Source: Paramecium tetraurelia (taxonomy: Eukaryota). From it: a DNA stretch of 64,000 bases. Under the pieces are notes generated by a model. That model was not told the DNA's origin and searched no databases. It saw nothing but the letters and a program-made list of their open reading frames with translations. Shown here piece by piece: positions 53,701 through 64,000 of the stretch (positions are counted from its first letter, which is position 1; every line of letters begins with the position of its first letter). The translations under genes were made by a program, and so were the position numbers. Location: NCBI GenBank assembly GCA_000165425.1, contig CT868009.1, positions 186,001 through 250,000 of the forward strand. The letters run 5' to 3'.

Positions 53701-55719
53701 ACTCTTAGAATAACCAAACATTTTGGATGCTGACATATTCAATCCGATGATTCTACCAAAAGTTACATCCTCAGCTGAAATACTTATTAAAGCAGTAGAT
53801 TCATTTGGAAAATCATTAATGTTATTAGTGATTTTGCCTCTGTCCATATTGACTGAATAAAAATTCTTCAATCTTTCCAATACCTCCTCAGCTGATTCTT
53901 TATCATACAGAATATCAACTAGATATCTCGAATAAATCATCATCAAATTTGGAGGGACATCCAGATTCATTTTAATAATTCGTTTCCATGAGTCTTCCAA
54001 CATTTTATCTATATACATCATTCTAGTTCCAACATCGTATAATTTTCCTAAATCTGGCGTATCCTCACTCAATTGTGACCAAAACTCTATGTGTTACGAT
54101 GCTGACTTTTCAATCTAGGCTCGAATCTCCCTAAGATTGTTTTCAGTCGTTAATTCATTCACTGCATCTATACCAGCAGCTGGATTTTTTGAAGATTTTG
54201 AATTTTCAAACATTTGTTCCTCTATTAGCTTTTTTAATCTGTAGACTATAAATTATTCATCAACATATGGTTTCTCTTATTCTGCTGCTACCAATTCCTA
54301 TAATGCTTGTTGATTCGATTGCATTTTCTCCATTAAAAATAAGGAATGAGAAATTCGTAATTCTGTGCAATTGGGAAATCTGGTCAAAGATAAAGTAAAT
54401 ATTCTTTCAATAATGTAGACTAAAACCACATACTACTCTTTAATTTCATCATCTTAATTTTACAATTTGAAGTTCTTCTGAAATTTAGCAATTTTCTTAT
54501 TACCCATATTTTTGGCTTAGCAAGGACAGTCTTCTCTTTTACAAATTGTTCTATGATACTCTACAAACCCATCCAATAATGTGGCAATATTTCTATCCGT
54601 ATGATAATAATTCAAAAATTTAGTTAAGTATTATAACTATTGGATTGCCTAATTAAGTGAATCAAATTTATTTGAATCAATCATCATTATATCATATCTA
54701 TACTCTTTCCTAAGCATAACAATCAGTAGTAATAAAGGACTTCCAAAAACCCATAAGTAGGGTGCACCTTCGTAATAAGTATCCTCAACAATGATACCAA
54801 ATATGATCATACATATTGTCCACATAATTACTGCATGTTGTGAATTTAATACTTTTGAATAGTAGTAATTTAAATAGACACTTGATTTGTTAAATGAAAA
54901 GAATTAAATGACTGCAAATAAAGTTATTATGATGACCACTAAGATTCTTAATTCATTTACATTCAATAAGGTGAAGCATAGTACTAGAATGATTTTAAAA
55001 ATCAAAAATTTCATATCATCTCTGCCTGAAATCTTGCATAGTGGATTATTTGGTTGGAATCTTGACTCATAAAATGTCATTGTTACTAATGCGCTGATGC
55101 AAACCAAAATGAATGCTGCAATTGCTGATAGGAATGCGTGAAGTAAATAATTCCCTGTGTAGCATTCTAAATCAGAATAATATTTATGAAAGCCACTCCC
55201 TGAATCGCAATAGAAGATAGTCAAAAAAAGATGCAAAGCAGGCATAAAAAAAATGTAATTGAGTATTTCGAAAAATATTTTGAGAACAACTAATGGTCCA
55301 CTCAACTTACCTACCGATGTGGTTTACGCCTTTATTGCAATGAAAATTATTAAAATTATTAGTAACAGGAAGAACCCCATTACTATATAGAGTACTAGGA
55401 TGAAACTTTGAAACTCTACATTTTTCAGATATGGGGAAATCATAAAGTACCCAAAAAATGATTGAAATGACTCCGACCATGATTTCACCTTCCACAATGA
55501 CAAAAACTATCATAATCACCAACATATGTATACTTCATCACTGAAGGCAAAGTAAAAAACTTGGAAACTCTCAATCAAAACAAAAAAGATGTAAAGAAAT
55601 AGCGGGAAGTTCTCTCCAGAAATTAAATAGTAGATAATTTCAAAAAGCAGATTCTTAAAAGAGTTTTACATCTTATCCAAAGCTGATTTATCATCATCAA
55701 ATATCGAAACACCTTACAT
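50799..55719 (-). CDS. TmcB/TmcC-like multi-pass membrane protein with PAS domain
   Basis: N-terminal TM cluster, helical region, PAS-like IIGLNMSASKMFGYSKSELINRKVNILMP..H..F..GKSKNGYIFP, further TM segments, and C-terminal RRTTLLLSMIP. Confidence 0.85.
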
Positions 55720-56610
55720 GTTTTATATTATTTATGATTTAAATATATAATAAATTAAACATTATCATTAAATTATTTTTATATATTGAGTCCCCTTATA
55801 CATACACGACTCCTTCATCTTTCATTTAATTAGATGAATCTATCTTTCCTGTTATCTAATCATTTCCACTTTGATTTTGAAGATTCATTCTATTGGAATA
55901 TCTGTAATAAAAATTTAGAATATTCATTTTTCATTAAATATTTATTGTATGAATTACTCAAATGATCTAAAAGATCAGTCAAACTTAAATCCTATTTTTA
56001 GGTTTCTTTTATATGCTTTTATGGATAATAATTTAATCCTTTAATCAATATTGGAAATAGTCAGTCAAATCTAAATTTTTATTTATTATCTAGTCAGCAC
56101 GAACTTAAGTATTTAGCTATATGGAATTATAATTTTAGTTTGTTATCCACTATTGTTATTAATAAATTGAAGGATTCAATATTCTTATACACAACTCATT
56201 TACATAGCCAGGTTATATATTATTGTATTACCTATTTTTGCCCAAAAAGTCAAAAGTAATCAAGTTAAATTGTTGAGGTATTTAGAGATTTTCAAAGTTC
56301 TTCCATTAATGATCAATTTTATAAAGTATTAAACCAATCTGAATTCCATCTTAATAGACTTATTTAATAATATATGATTCTTTGCTAAATAATCACTATA
56401 TATTTATCAGGATAGTATATTAAATTCTTTAAGGATATTGTCTTCTTAGGAATGAGTAAATCAAAAAAATAGAGAATTTAACTAGTCTTAATTCTATCTT
56501 ATTAAAAGTGCATTAATGTATATTTGTTTAAGGATAGCCAGGAAGATTTGGTCCATGAAATATATCATTCCATCCAATTTGAATTAATATGTTAGGTAAT
56601 AAAATAATTA

Positions 56611-58163
56611 TCATTTATTAATATTCAATGCTGATATGACCAATTTAACCCTACCTGTAGCATTGTCTACCCTTTGTCTATTCTTATCCAATTATTTTAA
56701 TTAGCATTTTCCTTTCTTTGCTTTACAAGTGTAATTAAATCCATTTTTAAAACCATTTATATCTGGAATGTAAATTACAGTATCACAACCCTTTCTGGAA
56801 TCGTATTTCAAGTTAAATGATTATTTTTTAGAATTGAACTTTGAATAGTAGACTTTAGATCCACAAATTGATTAAGCATAAGGTCTAACCAAAGCTTCCA
56901 TTTTATAATTCTATAGAGATCCATCTTGATTGAAAATCCCTTCATCATACATGTTTGATGCAGTTGTAAAATCATTGTACCCTTTATATTGCCAATAAGC
57001 CCAAGATTGCAAATAGTTATCTGCTTTATACAATAAACTATTGAGTATATCTTTGGCAAATGGTTCATTAGGTAATGCTCCGAATTCAGTTAGCATAGCT
57101 CCAGTACCTAAATGATTGATGTTCATTTTTTTTAGAGGATACATAAAGTTATATAGCTGTTTGCAAAGGAAGGTTGAGACATTTTCTATTAAATTGTAAG
57201 TATATATAAATACCAATTCCACAATAGAGATGGTAACTCAAGACTTCTTTCTTTTGATATTTTCTGCCTCCTACGTTGCGTTTGAATCCTGCTCCCAAAA
57301 CATCTGTGAAGTAAGGTTCAAAGAATACAAGTTTCTCAGTATCAGCTTATCTAATGTATTTATTGATTATTTAGTAGAATGGCATGATGAGATGCTTGTT
57401 AGCCCATCCTGGCCAGACGTATTAAATTTTGCTTCTTTAATAATTACCAGAGGCAGGTTCATTCATAATTTCATATCCCAAAACATTCCATTCTCCTTTA
57501 TGCAATTCAGCCACTCTTTTCCAGAAGAGTCCAAACATATCAGCAACACCATTTTCGTTTTTCAATATTGATTCTACATTCTTACCAACGTCTGAAGTCA
57601 AATAAAATTTAGCAAAGTTGTCCTATTTTAAACAGTCTTCAATTAATGGATATCCTTATTCATCCAATCTTAATTCAATGTTTTGAGGTGCCGGGAAATC
57701 TGTTTTAGTGACAGCCCAATCTGGGAAGCCTTCTCCACAAAACTGTCTATTAAGTAAGTCTTGATGAGCATCCAGAATAACATAAATATTGTATTTAGCA
57801 GCTAATCTCACGATGTCTCTAATGTGCAACAGATACTCTTCATTTAATATTCCTCTTTGAGGCATTCCAGCTTCAAAGGCCACATGCAATCGAATTACAT
57901 TAAATCTATTGAGATTACATTTAATAATAATTACCCCAAATCAACCAAGAGTTAGCAATCTTCGTCAGAAAATGAAGTCATTACGTCAAAATGATCAGTT
58001 ACTGGGAAGTATGGGGCAGGTTTGTAGACAACATTGAAGCCATGGAATATTCTGATTGCTCCTTTCTAATAATTAATGAAGTTACTACTTCATCAACAAA
58101 GTTTCCATGTTTATTAATGTGAACTGATATTGCTATTCCAATAATACATAATAAAAATTTCAT
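56611..58163 (-). CDS. Glycoside hydrolase family 5, endoglycoceramidase-like, secreted
   Basis: IFHGFNVVYK, FNVIRL, ILDAHQDL..FCGEGFPDWA, GYEIMNEP (acid/base), MLTEFG (nucleophile), SWAYWQYK and LVRPYA. Confidence 0.9.
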
Positions 58164-58220
58164 ATTTAATTTAATATCCTTTAAATTCTAAATATAATTA
58201 AAAAAATCGTTAAAAAATAA

Positions 58221-60027
58221 ATGGGCAACGAACCATCAGCTCCAAATGATAAGATTGATTTCTTAAGACCAGTTCAAAAGAAAGCACCCGAGCCTACCCA
58301 ACTCAACAAAGTCTAGTAGAATGAATGGAGAATTGGATTGCAACATCCTCATCTCTTGTAAACTTTGGGTGGCCAACCTGAGGGAGATTAGTATCGATAC
58401 TTTTTCGAATTCTGTTAAATCACTTTAGCATCTCTGTTGTAGGAACGATATGGAACTAAAAAGTACTTTCCTGAAGAAGACTTATAGGCATTGCTTTTGG
58501 GCATAAGCAGTGCTTTGAGTTTCTTGTAAGAAAAGGGACTGTCACATGGAGGTAAATAAAACTCATTTATTAATTAGACATTTGCACAACTGAAATATTC
58601 TTTGATTCAAACAGTTCGAGTTTCAAAGTTTTGGATTCAAATTTAATTAATGGAAGAGGAGCTTCCATTCAGTAATTATTATCAGGAAAATTGAAATATC
58701 TCGCACCTGAAATATTACAAAACCCAACACAACCATTCTCTGAGTTGTAATTGAGTAAAAGTGATGTTTGGTGTTTGGGCATGGTCATGTTGGAAGCAAG
58801 TACTCTCAAACAAAATGACAATCTCTATCAAAATGGCTTATAATTTAGATTGATCTCAGATAGAATTAACGAAGTAGCTTAAATTTACAATTTGCAATAT
58901 GCTGAGAATATTGCATTGATGCTCAATTTCAACCCAAATGAAAGGTTAGATCCAGTTAATCTATTTAATTATCTACTTGAATAATAGAGAAACGCAAATG
59001 AATAAGATCAGCAGGTTGTTTAACAATAGTAATATTAACAATTACTTTAGTAATAATAATTGTATTAACAATAATTATGCTAACAACAACAACAATAATA
59101 GTAATAATAATAATAATAGTTATTATATTAATAATCCTAGTAGTAGTAGTAGTAACTTACTTATCAATAGGCTTAGTAATCCCAATTGTAACAATAACCA
59201 ATATAATATTTACCTTAACAGGTGGAACAATAAAATTATCAATAATAATTAGTTTAACAACATTAATTACAACAAACCCAAGTTCCTCCCTAATACCTTC
59301 AACAATAACAACAGTAGACAAACCAACAACAATAATACAATACTCAATAAGCACAATACGCATAATAATAATAGCAATATGCTTAGACTCAATAACCAAG
59401 ACAAAACCACCATCAATCAAGACCATCCTAAGATTTCATGATGACTCAACCTGATATGAATCAAACTATGCAAGGAGGAGTTTCTAGAGAAAGAGTTCCC
59501 ACAAAAATTATCAAGAAGCTAGTCTATCCTGATGGAAGAGTTGAATATCAAGAGAAATCTCATTCAGCTTCAAGGATGGGTAATTTATTATTCTATTATT
59601 TTTAGTTTAATAACCCTAACAGTAGAAACAATAACAAGTGATTCCCTAACAATAATAAGCATAAGCTATGCCACAACAATAATAAATAATGGCATAACAA
59701 TAATAGATGATGTCTCAATAATAAATGATGTAATAATAGTATGCCTAGCAACCCTAATATAACCCATAGTTTTAATAATAATAATACTAGTAATAGCCAT
59801 AGCCTCAATATTAATAGAGGTAAAATGTTCTTGGTAATATTGAAAACTAAATGTAAGTTGTTACTAATGAACATAACATTACTAGATTGAAATAAGAAAT
59901 AGAACACTCTAAAACATTAATTTAATAATATAACTAATAAAAACCATAAGTTCAAGCTGAATCGATAGAGGAGAGAATAAGAAAAGTTATTGCACAATCA
60001 TAAGCTTTAAGAGAAAACTTTGCATGA
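58221..60027 (+). CDS. Pseudokinase with long Gln-rich C-terminus
   Basis: MGNEPS..HPHLL..HGDICTTEIF..VLDSN..YLAPE..KSDVWCLG..PNERL, then poly-Q. Introns 58552-58577 and about 59580-59604. Confidence 0.8.
58980..59945 (+). repeat. Low-complexity TAA/TAG/CAA trinucleotide tracts encoding poly-Gln
   Basis: Runs such as caacaacaacaataatagtaataataataataatag and tagtagtagtagtaa, in frame with the upstream kinase-like domain. Confidence 0.85.
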
Positions 60028-60064
60028 ATTATACCAATATATATATATTATAAATTATCAGATA

Positions 60065-60960
60065 ATGCTACCTAAATTAAATCAAAGTTCTTCAGTATAA
60101 TAAGTGAAATCTCAGGAAGATTTCAGTTTGAATGAAGCTAAAAGACGTTAAAAACAACTTGAGTTGGAATAACAAAATGTTGAAAATAGAATCAAATAAC
60201 TTACTAAAGAGAATTCAAAACTATCCAAAAAAGTTTAAATGGCCGAGTAATTGGCTCTAGATGTTTATGCTTCTCGTCTTGCTCAGAAGATTAAAGTAAT
60301 TGATTATTCTAAAAAACTACTTAGAAAGAACAGAAATTCCATTAATAATCTACTGTCGATCCATTGAGATATCAATAAACATAATATGAAAGGATGAACC
60401 TTAGGAAAATGAAATAAGAAGTAAAAGAAATGAAACATAATGATGCATAATTGATGAAAAAATCGATTAAATACGAATTGATGAGAACTAGTGAAGAGTA
60501 AGCTAAAAAAGCATAAAATATGAAATTAAGAGCTGCTTTAATTAAAGAAGATGAGAAATTGTCCTAGGCAGTGATTCAGGAAAAGTTGTTAGAGAAATAA
60601 TAAAAAGTTAGATTATTATAAGAACTAGAAAAATAAAAGATTCTGATGGAAAATGAAAAATACGAATACTAAATCAAGTAATTAGAAGCTTAAGAAATTA
60701 AATTAGTAGAAAAATTACAAGCCACACAACAGAGAGAATAGAATGTTAAATAGAAGTTAATGGCAGCAACAAGACTGGCTCCTGAGGAATTTGATAGAAC
60801 CTACTTGGGTAGTTAGTCAATCATTTGTGAACAAGGGAACCATGTAAGATTATAAATATGTATAGGAAAAAACATAAGAAGAACAAAAGGAACAGTAAGA
60901 GGAACCAAAAAAAAAGGATCAAGAGGAAAATAAAGAAGGATAATAAGGAACCTAAACTGA
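60065..60960 (+). CDS. Hypothetical coiled-coil protein
   Basis: MLPKLNQSSSV..LELEQQNVENRIKQLTKEN..; introns near 60296 and 60844; TGA 60958-60960. Confidence 0.65.
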
Positions 60961-61980
60961 TTGAATTGATTTATTATACGGATCGTCAGTATATATTGAA
61001 AGAAAATTTAACTCCCGGAAATAACTTCACATATCCTAAATATCTATAATTTATAAGAAAAATACATTTCATAAAATATAAGAATATATATCACCATTCA
61101 TATAAATTCTTCTTATTCAAATAAAAAACTATTTAATTTATAAATAAATACAAGTATTTACTTAAAATTTTATTCAAATAAACTTTAATTTCTAACTGAG
61201 TAAATAACTTTAAATTGTGGATGAATATATTTTTGATTAAAATTAATTTCATCTGAATAGAGAAATTTAAAATTGGCATATTCAAGTTAACACTTCTGAT
61301 GAAATTCGATTTAATTACCTTGAATTAATATATTTCTGCAATATTAATCGAATTTATTATTATAAAAATTAAATGATTTTTTTTTAGATCTTTTTTAGAA
61401 CTATTTAATGATCAAAAATGCGAACTAATATAACAACTTTAAAATATTATTACCATTATTTGTAATGATAGGTAACTAATAGCAACATGATATAATAAAA
61501 TGACTTAACAAATGAAGAGCAACATTCTAATTAATTATAAAAAAATGGATATTAACTTGAAGGATTTCAATAAACAACTCATTAATGCAGTATTTTGATA
61601 AAATATTTAGTTTTTGTTTATTAATATAATTTCAAATCATAAAATGTGATGATATTACCTTATTAATTTCAATCCTTATTTATCACTTTTATATTACTAA
61701 ATAATTCATCCAATTCAATATGATATTATAAATGTATTTATTTGTAACTTGTTATCGAAAATACTAATCATAAATAAGTTTATATCTATTTTCATAATAT
61801 ATTTTTTTGTAAACATATAATATATATATTTGTATGAGATATAATTCTAAATCTGAATAATATTTTTTTCAATTCAAGTTTTATTTTCAAATTTAATAAA
61901 CGACTCAGGTTATTAATTGACATCTAATTAAAAAATTAGTTTCTCAAATAAACTAACACTTAGATAAAAATATTTAATAA

Positions 61981-64000
61981 ATGAATAATTTCTAAGAACT
62001 AATAATAAAACAGAATTAGAGAATTCGTAATGAACTCTATTAAAACCTAATTATTGTGGGATAATTTTTTTAAACTCTTATATGGATTTTAATAGCTATA
62101 TATATTTTGGGAGAATAAAGAGAGGACTTGCAATTTAAAATATTTTATTATTTTAGTTTACCTACTATTTCACTACAATTCGATATTGAGTAGAGCATCA
62201 TATAAAGCGTAACAATATTTTTTTCATTGGCTTTCTTTCTAGCAATATTATTTGGAGGAAATTAGAAATATTCAAAAAGGATTGTTGATTTCCTTTGGGA
62301 TGCTTATCCAAATTTATGTTAAATCGTAATCATTCAAAATAGTGGGCATTGTCTACTAACTGATAAAATCAACTTCACATTGGGTGTCTTAAATATTTTT
62401 ATGGCAATTGGGAATTCTCAATTAACCAGCCTATATTCATTTCAATAAAATCATACTCAAAAATTAATAAAATCTTATTTTGAAAGGAGCCTACATCCTC
62501 TGTGTTATTCGGTATTGGCATTATTCGCAGGTCTACAAATAAGCAGCTTCTACATATCCTACTTATATTTAGGAGCATAATTAATTTTTGACCTTTATTT
62601 TGGAATATTTTATTATGTGAAACCTCACATGCAATATTTAAATATTCAAACCTAAAGATTAGTTGTATTTGGCTCTTTTTTAAGATTCCCAGTGGTGCTG
62701 TTTCTATTTTATTATCAGGGCAACAACATTTTATATTTTTCATTATTTTCTCTTCCATTTATGATATAGATACATCTAATACTGTGGGACAACAGATTTA
62801 TGAACCTAATATACCAAACGAATAAGTTTTTCTAATACATTTGTCTTGATAAGTTTAGTGAGAGGGACAATCTGATCGAATGTTATATAGCATATTATTT
62901 TGAAATTATTGATTATAAGAAGCCGTTTAACCGAGTTTTGATGCTGAGCATTTTTTGTAATCATATGAATATGTGTTAAAATCTCAAATGCTTTTGTTAA
63001 AATAGAAACTTTAACGAAAGAGTTAAAATAACAACCCAACTGGCAATGGATGTAAAGGATATTCAATAGCAAATAAATTATGCAGTTGTAGAACAAGATA
63101 TTTAAATGAGTTTTAAGGAGCTGATGTTGTTATTCCTGGATAATTATATCAAGAATGTCAGATATTCTGCCCTTGGAGAAGCTTTGATTTTAAAGTTAAG
63201 TTTATATGAAATTCAAAGCTTTTAACAGAGACTATTCTTAACAAAACTTAGGTTTTAATATCTGAAAATATACTATCATAAATTTCACCCTCAGTTTTTA
63301 GAGAGATGGGCTACTTGTACATAGGTTACTGAAAAATTACAACTTTACATAGGTGAGAGCAATAAATTGAATTTTAATCTTTCAATGTCAATGCAATATT
63401 TTCATTTGCTAGATAGAATACAAACAAATATATTTAGAGTTATCGAAGACAAAATACGTATATTGGAACTATTGAAAAGGAACTATCAAAATGCAGTTCC
63501 TTATCTTTTACATTAGTCTACTGAAAATTATTTTAATTAATGCGATGAACTTGAATAGTTAATATAATAATTAATTGAGCTTAATGGGATTTCATTTGAA
63601 GTCAGAGGATTATAAGATGAATTTTATTCGGAAATAAAGGTAGATTATGCTCGTAAGAATATCCATAAAAAGTCAACTATTCCTTTCATAAACTAAAATT
63701 AAACAGCATTCGTAATCTGCGATTATGAAGGAGACCTCATAATTAAGGACTATTCTAACAATTTTATCTCAATGATTGATGTAAGTTCATAAATAAAGGG
63801 AAGTGCTATTGAATCAATTGTTCCAGTTACCCTATAATAATATCATAGAATGGCTATCGCTTAAATGGTGAGCACAGGCCAAACAAAATTGGTTAATAAG
63901 GAATAATACAGTTTAATGGTGAAATCGGAGAAATATATTTTGGAAGTGGATGCCTTACTAAGATTTGATTATAGATAGTTAGAGCTATTAAGATTCATTG
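61981..64000 (+). CDS. Divergent TmcB-like multi-pass membrane protein with PAS-like segment, 3'-truncated by the window
   Basis: Long frame from ATG 61981 with hydrophobic N-terminal segments; near the end IKDYSNNF..IESIVPVTLQQYHRMAI..TGQTKL resembles the PAS segment of 50799-55719. Confidence 0.65.

Noticed and set aside
55750..56600. Long AT-rich gap considered as an RNA gene or repeat
   Set aside because: I could see no tRNA or snRNA hallmark, repeat structure or coherent ORF.
58977..59907. ORF-track poly-Asn, poly-Ile and poly-Leu ORFs on both strands that look like membrane proteins
   Set aside because: They are off-frame or antisense readings of the TAA/TAG/CAA poly-Gln tract of the pseudokinase.
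1..64000. Mass pseudogenisation suggested by frequent TAA/TAG codons and short ORFs
   Set aside because: Explained by the ciliate code and mini-introns; conserved motifs are intact.
1..64000. Prokaryote-style system (operon, CRISPR array, defence island) or a functional gene cluster
   Set aside because: The DNA is eukaryotic, I saw no spaced direct repeats, and neighbouring genes are functionally unrelated.

Overview
This window is eukaryotic, very AT-rich, gene-dense DNA that looks like a ciliate macronuclear chromosome, most likely Paramecium. TAA and TAG read as Gln, TGA is the only stop, and genes are split by tiny GT..AG introns of about 21-31 nt. A trichocyst matrix protein gene is present. 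The supplied standard-code ORF track therefore shows only fragments or off-frame artefacts. Re-reading by hand with the ciliate code gives about 40 genes. Enzymes: GH31 glucosidase (partial), PI-PLC X-domain protein, purple acid phosphatase, MPG glycosylase, USP, alpha-carbonic anhydrase, aspartic protease, ACAD10/11-like fusion and GH5 endoglycoceramidase-like protein. Signalling: two tandem ULK-like kinases, two PP2Cs, PKA catalytic subunit, DUSP, cyclin, a Rab-derived pseudo-GTPase, a poly-Q pseudokinase and two TmcB-like PAS membrane proteins. Others: a CRC/tesmin protein, a PGG-motif (Jupiter/SPIRAL1-like) microprotein, an Oxidored-like protein, a trichocyst matrix protein, a TRANK1-like UvrD helicase and a COMMD2-like protein, plus hypothetical and apparently decayed genes. 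I found no RNA genes, CRISPR arrays, telomeres or intact transposons, and no multi-gene novel system is supported. The interesting signals are individual divergent proteins. All gene models are manual, and intron boundaries and some starts are unverified.
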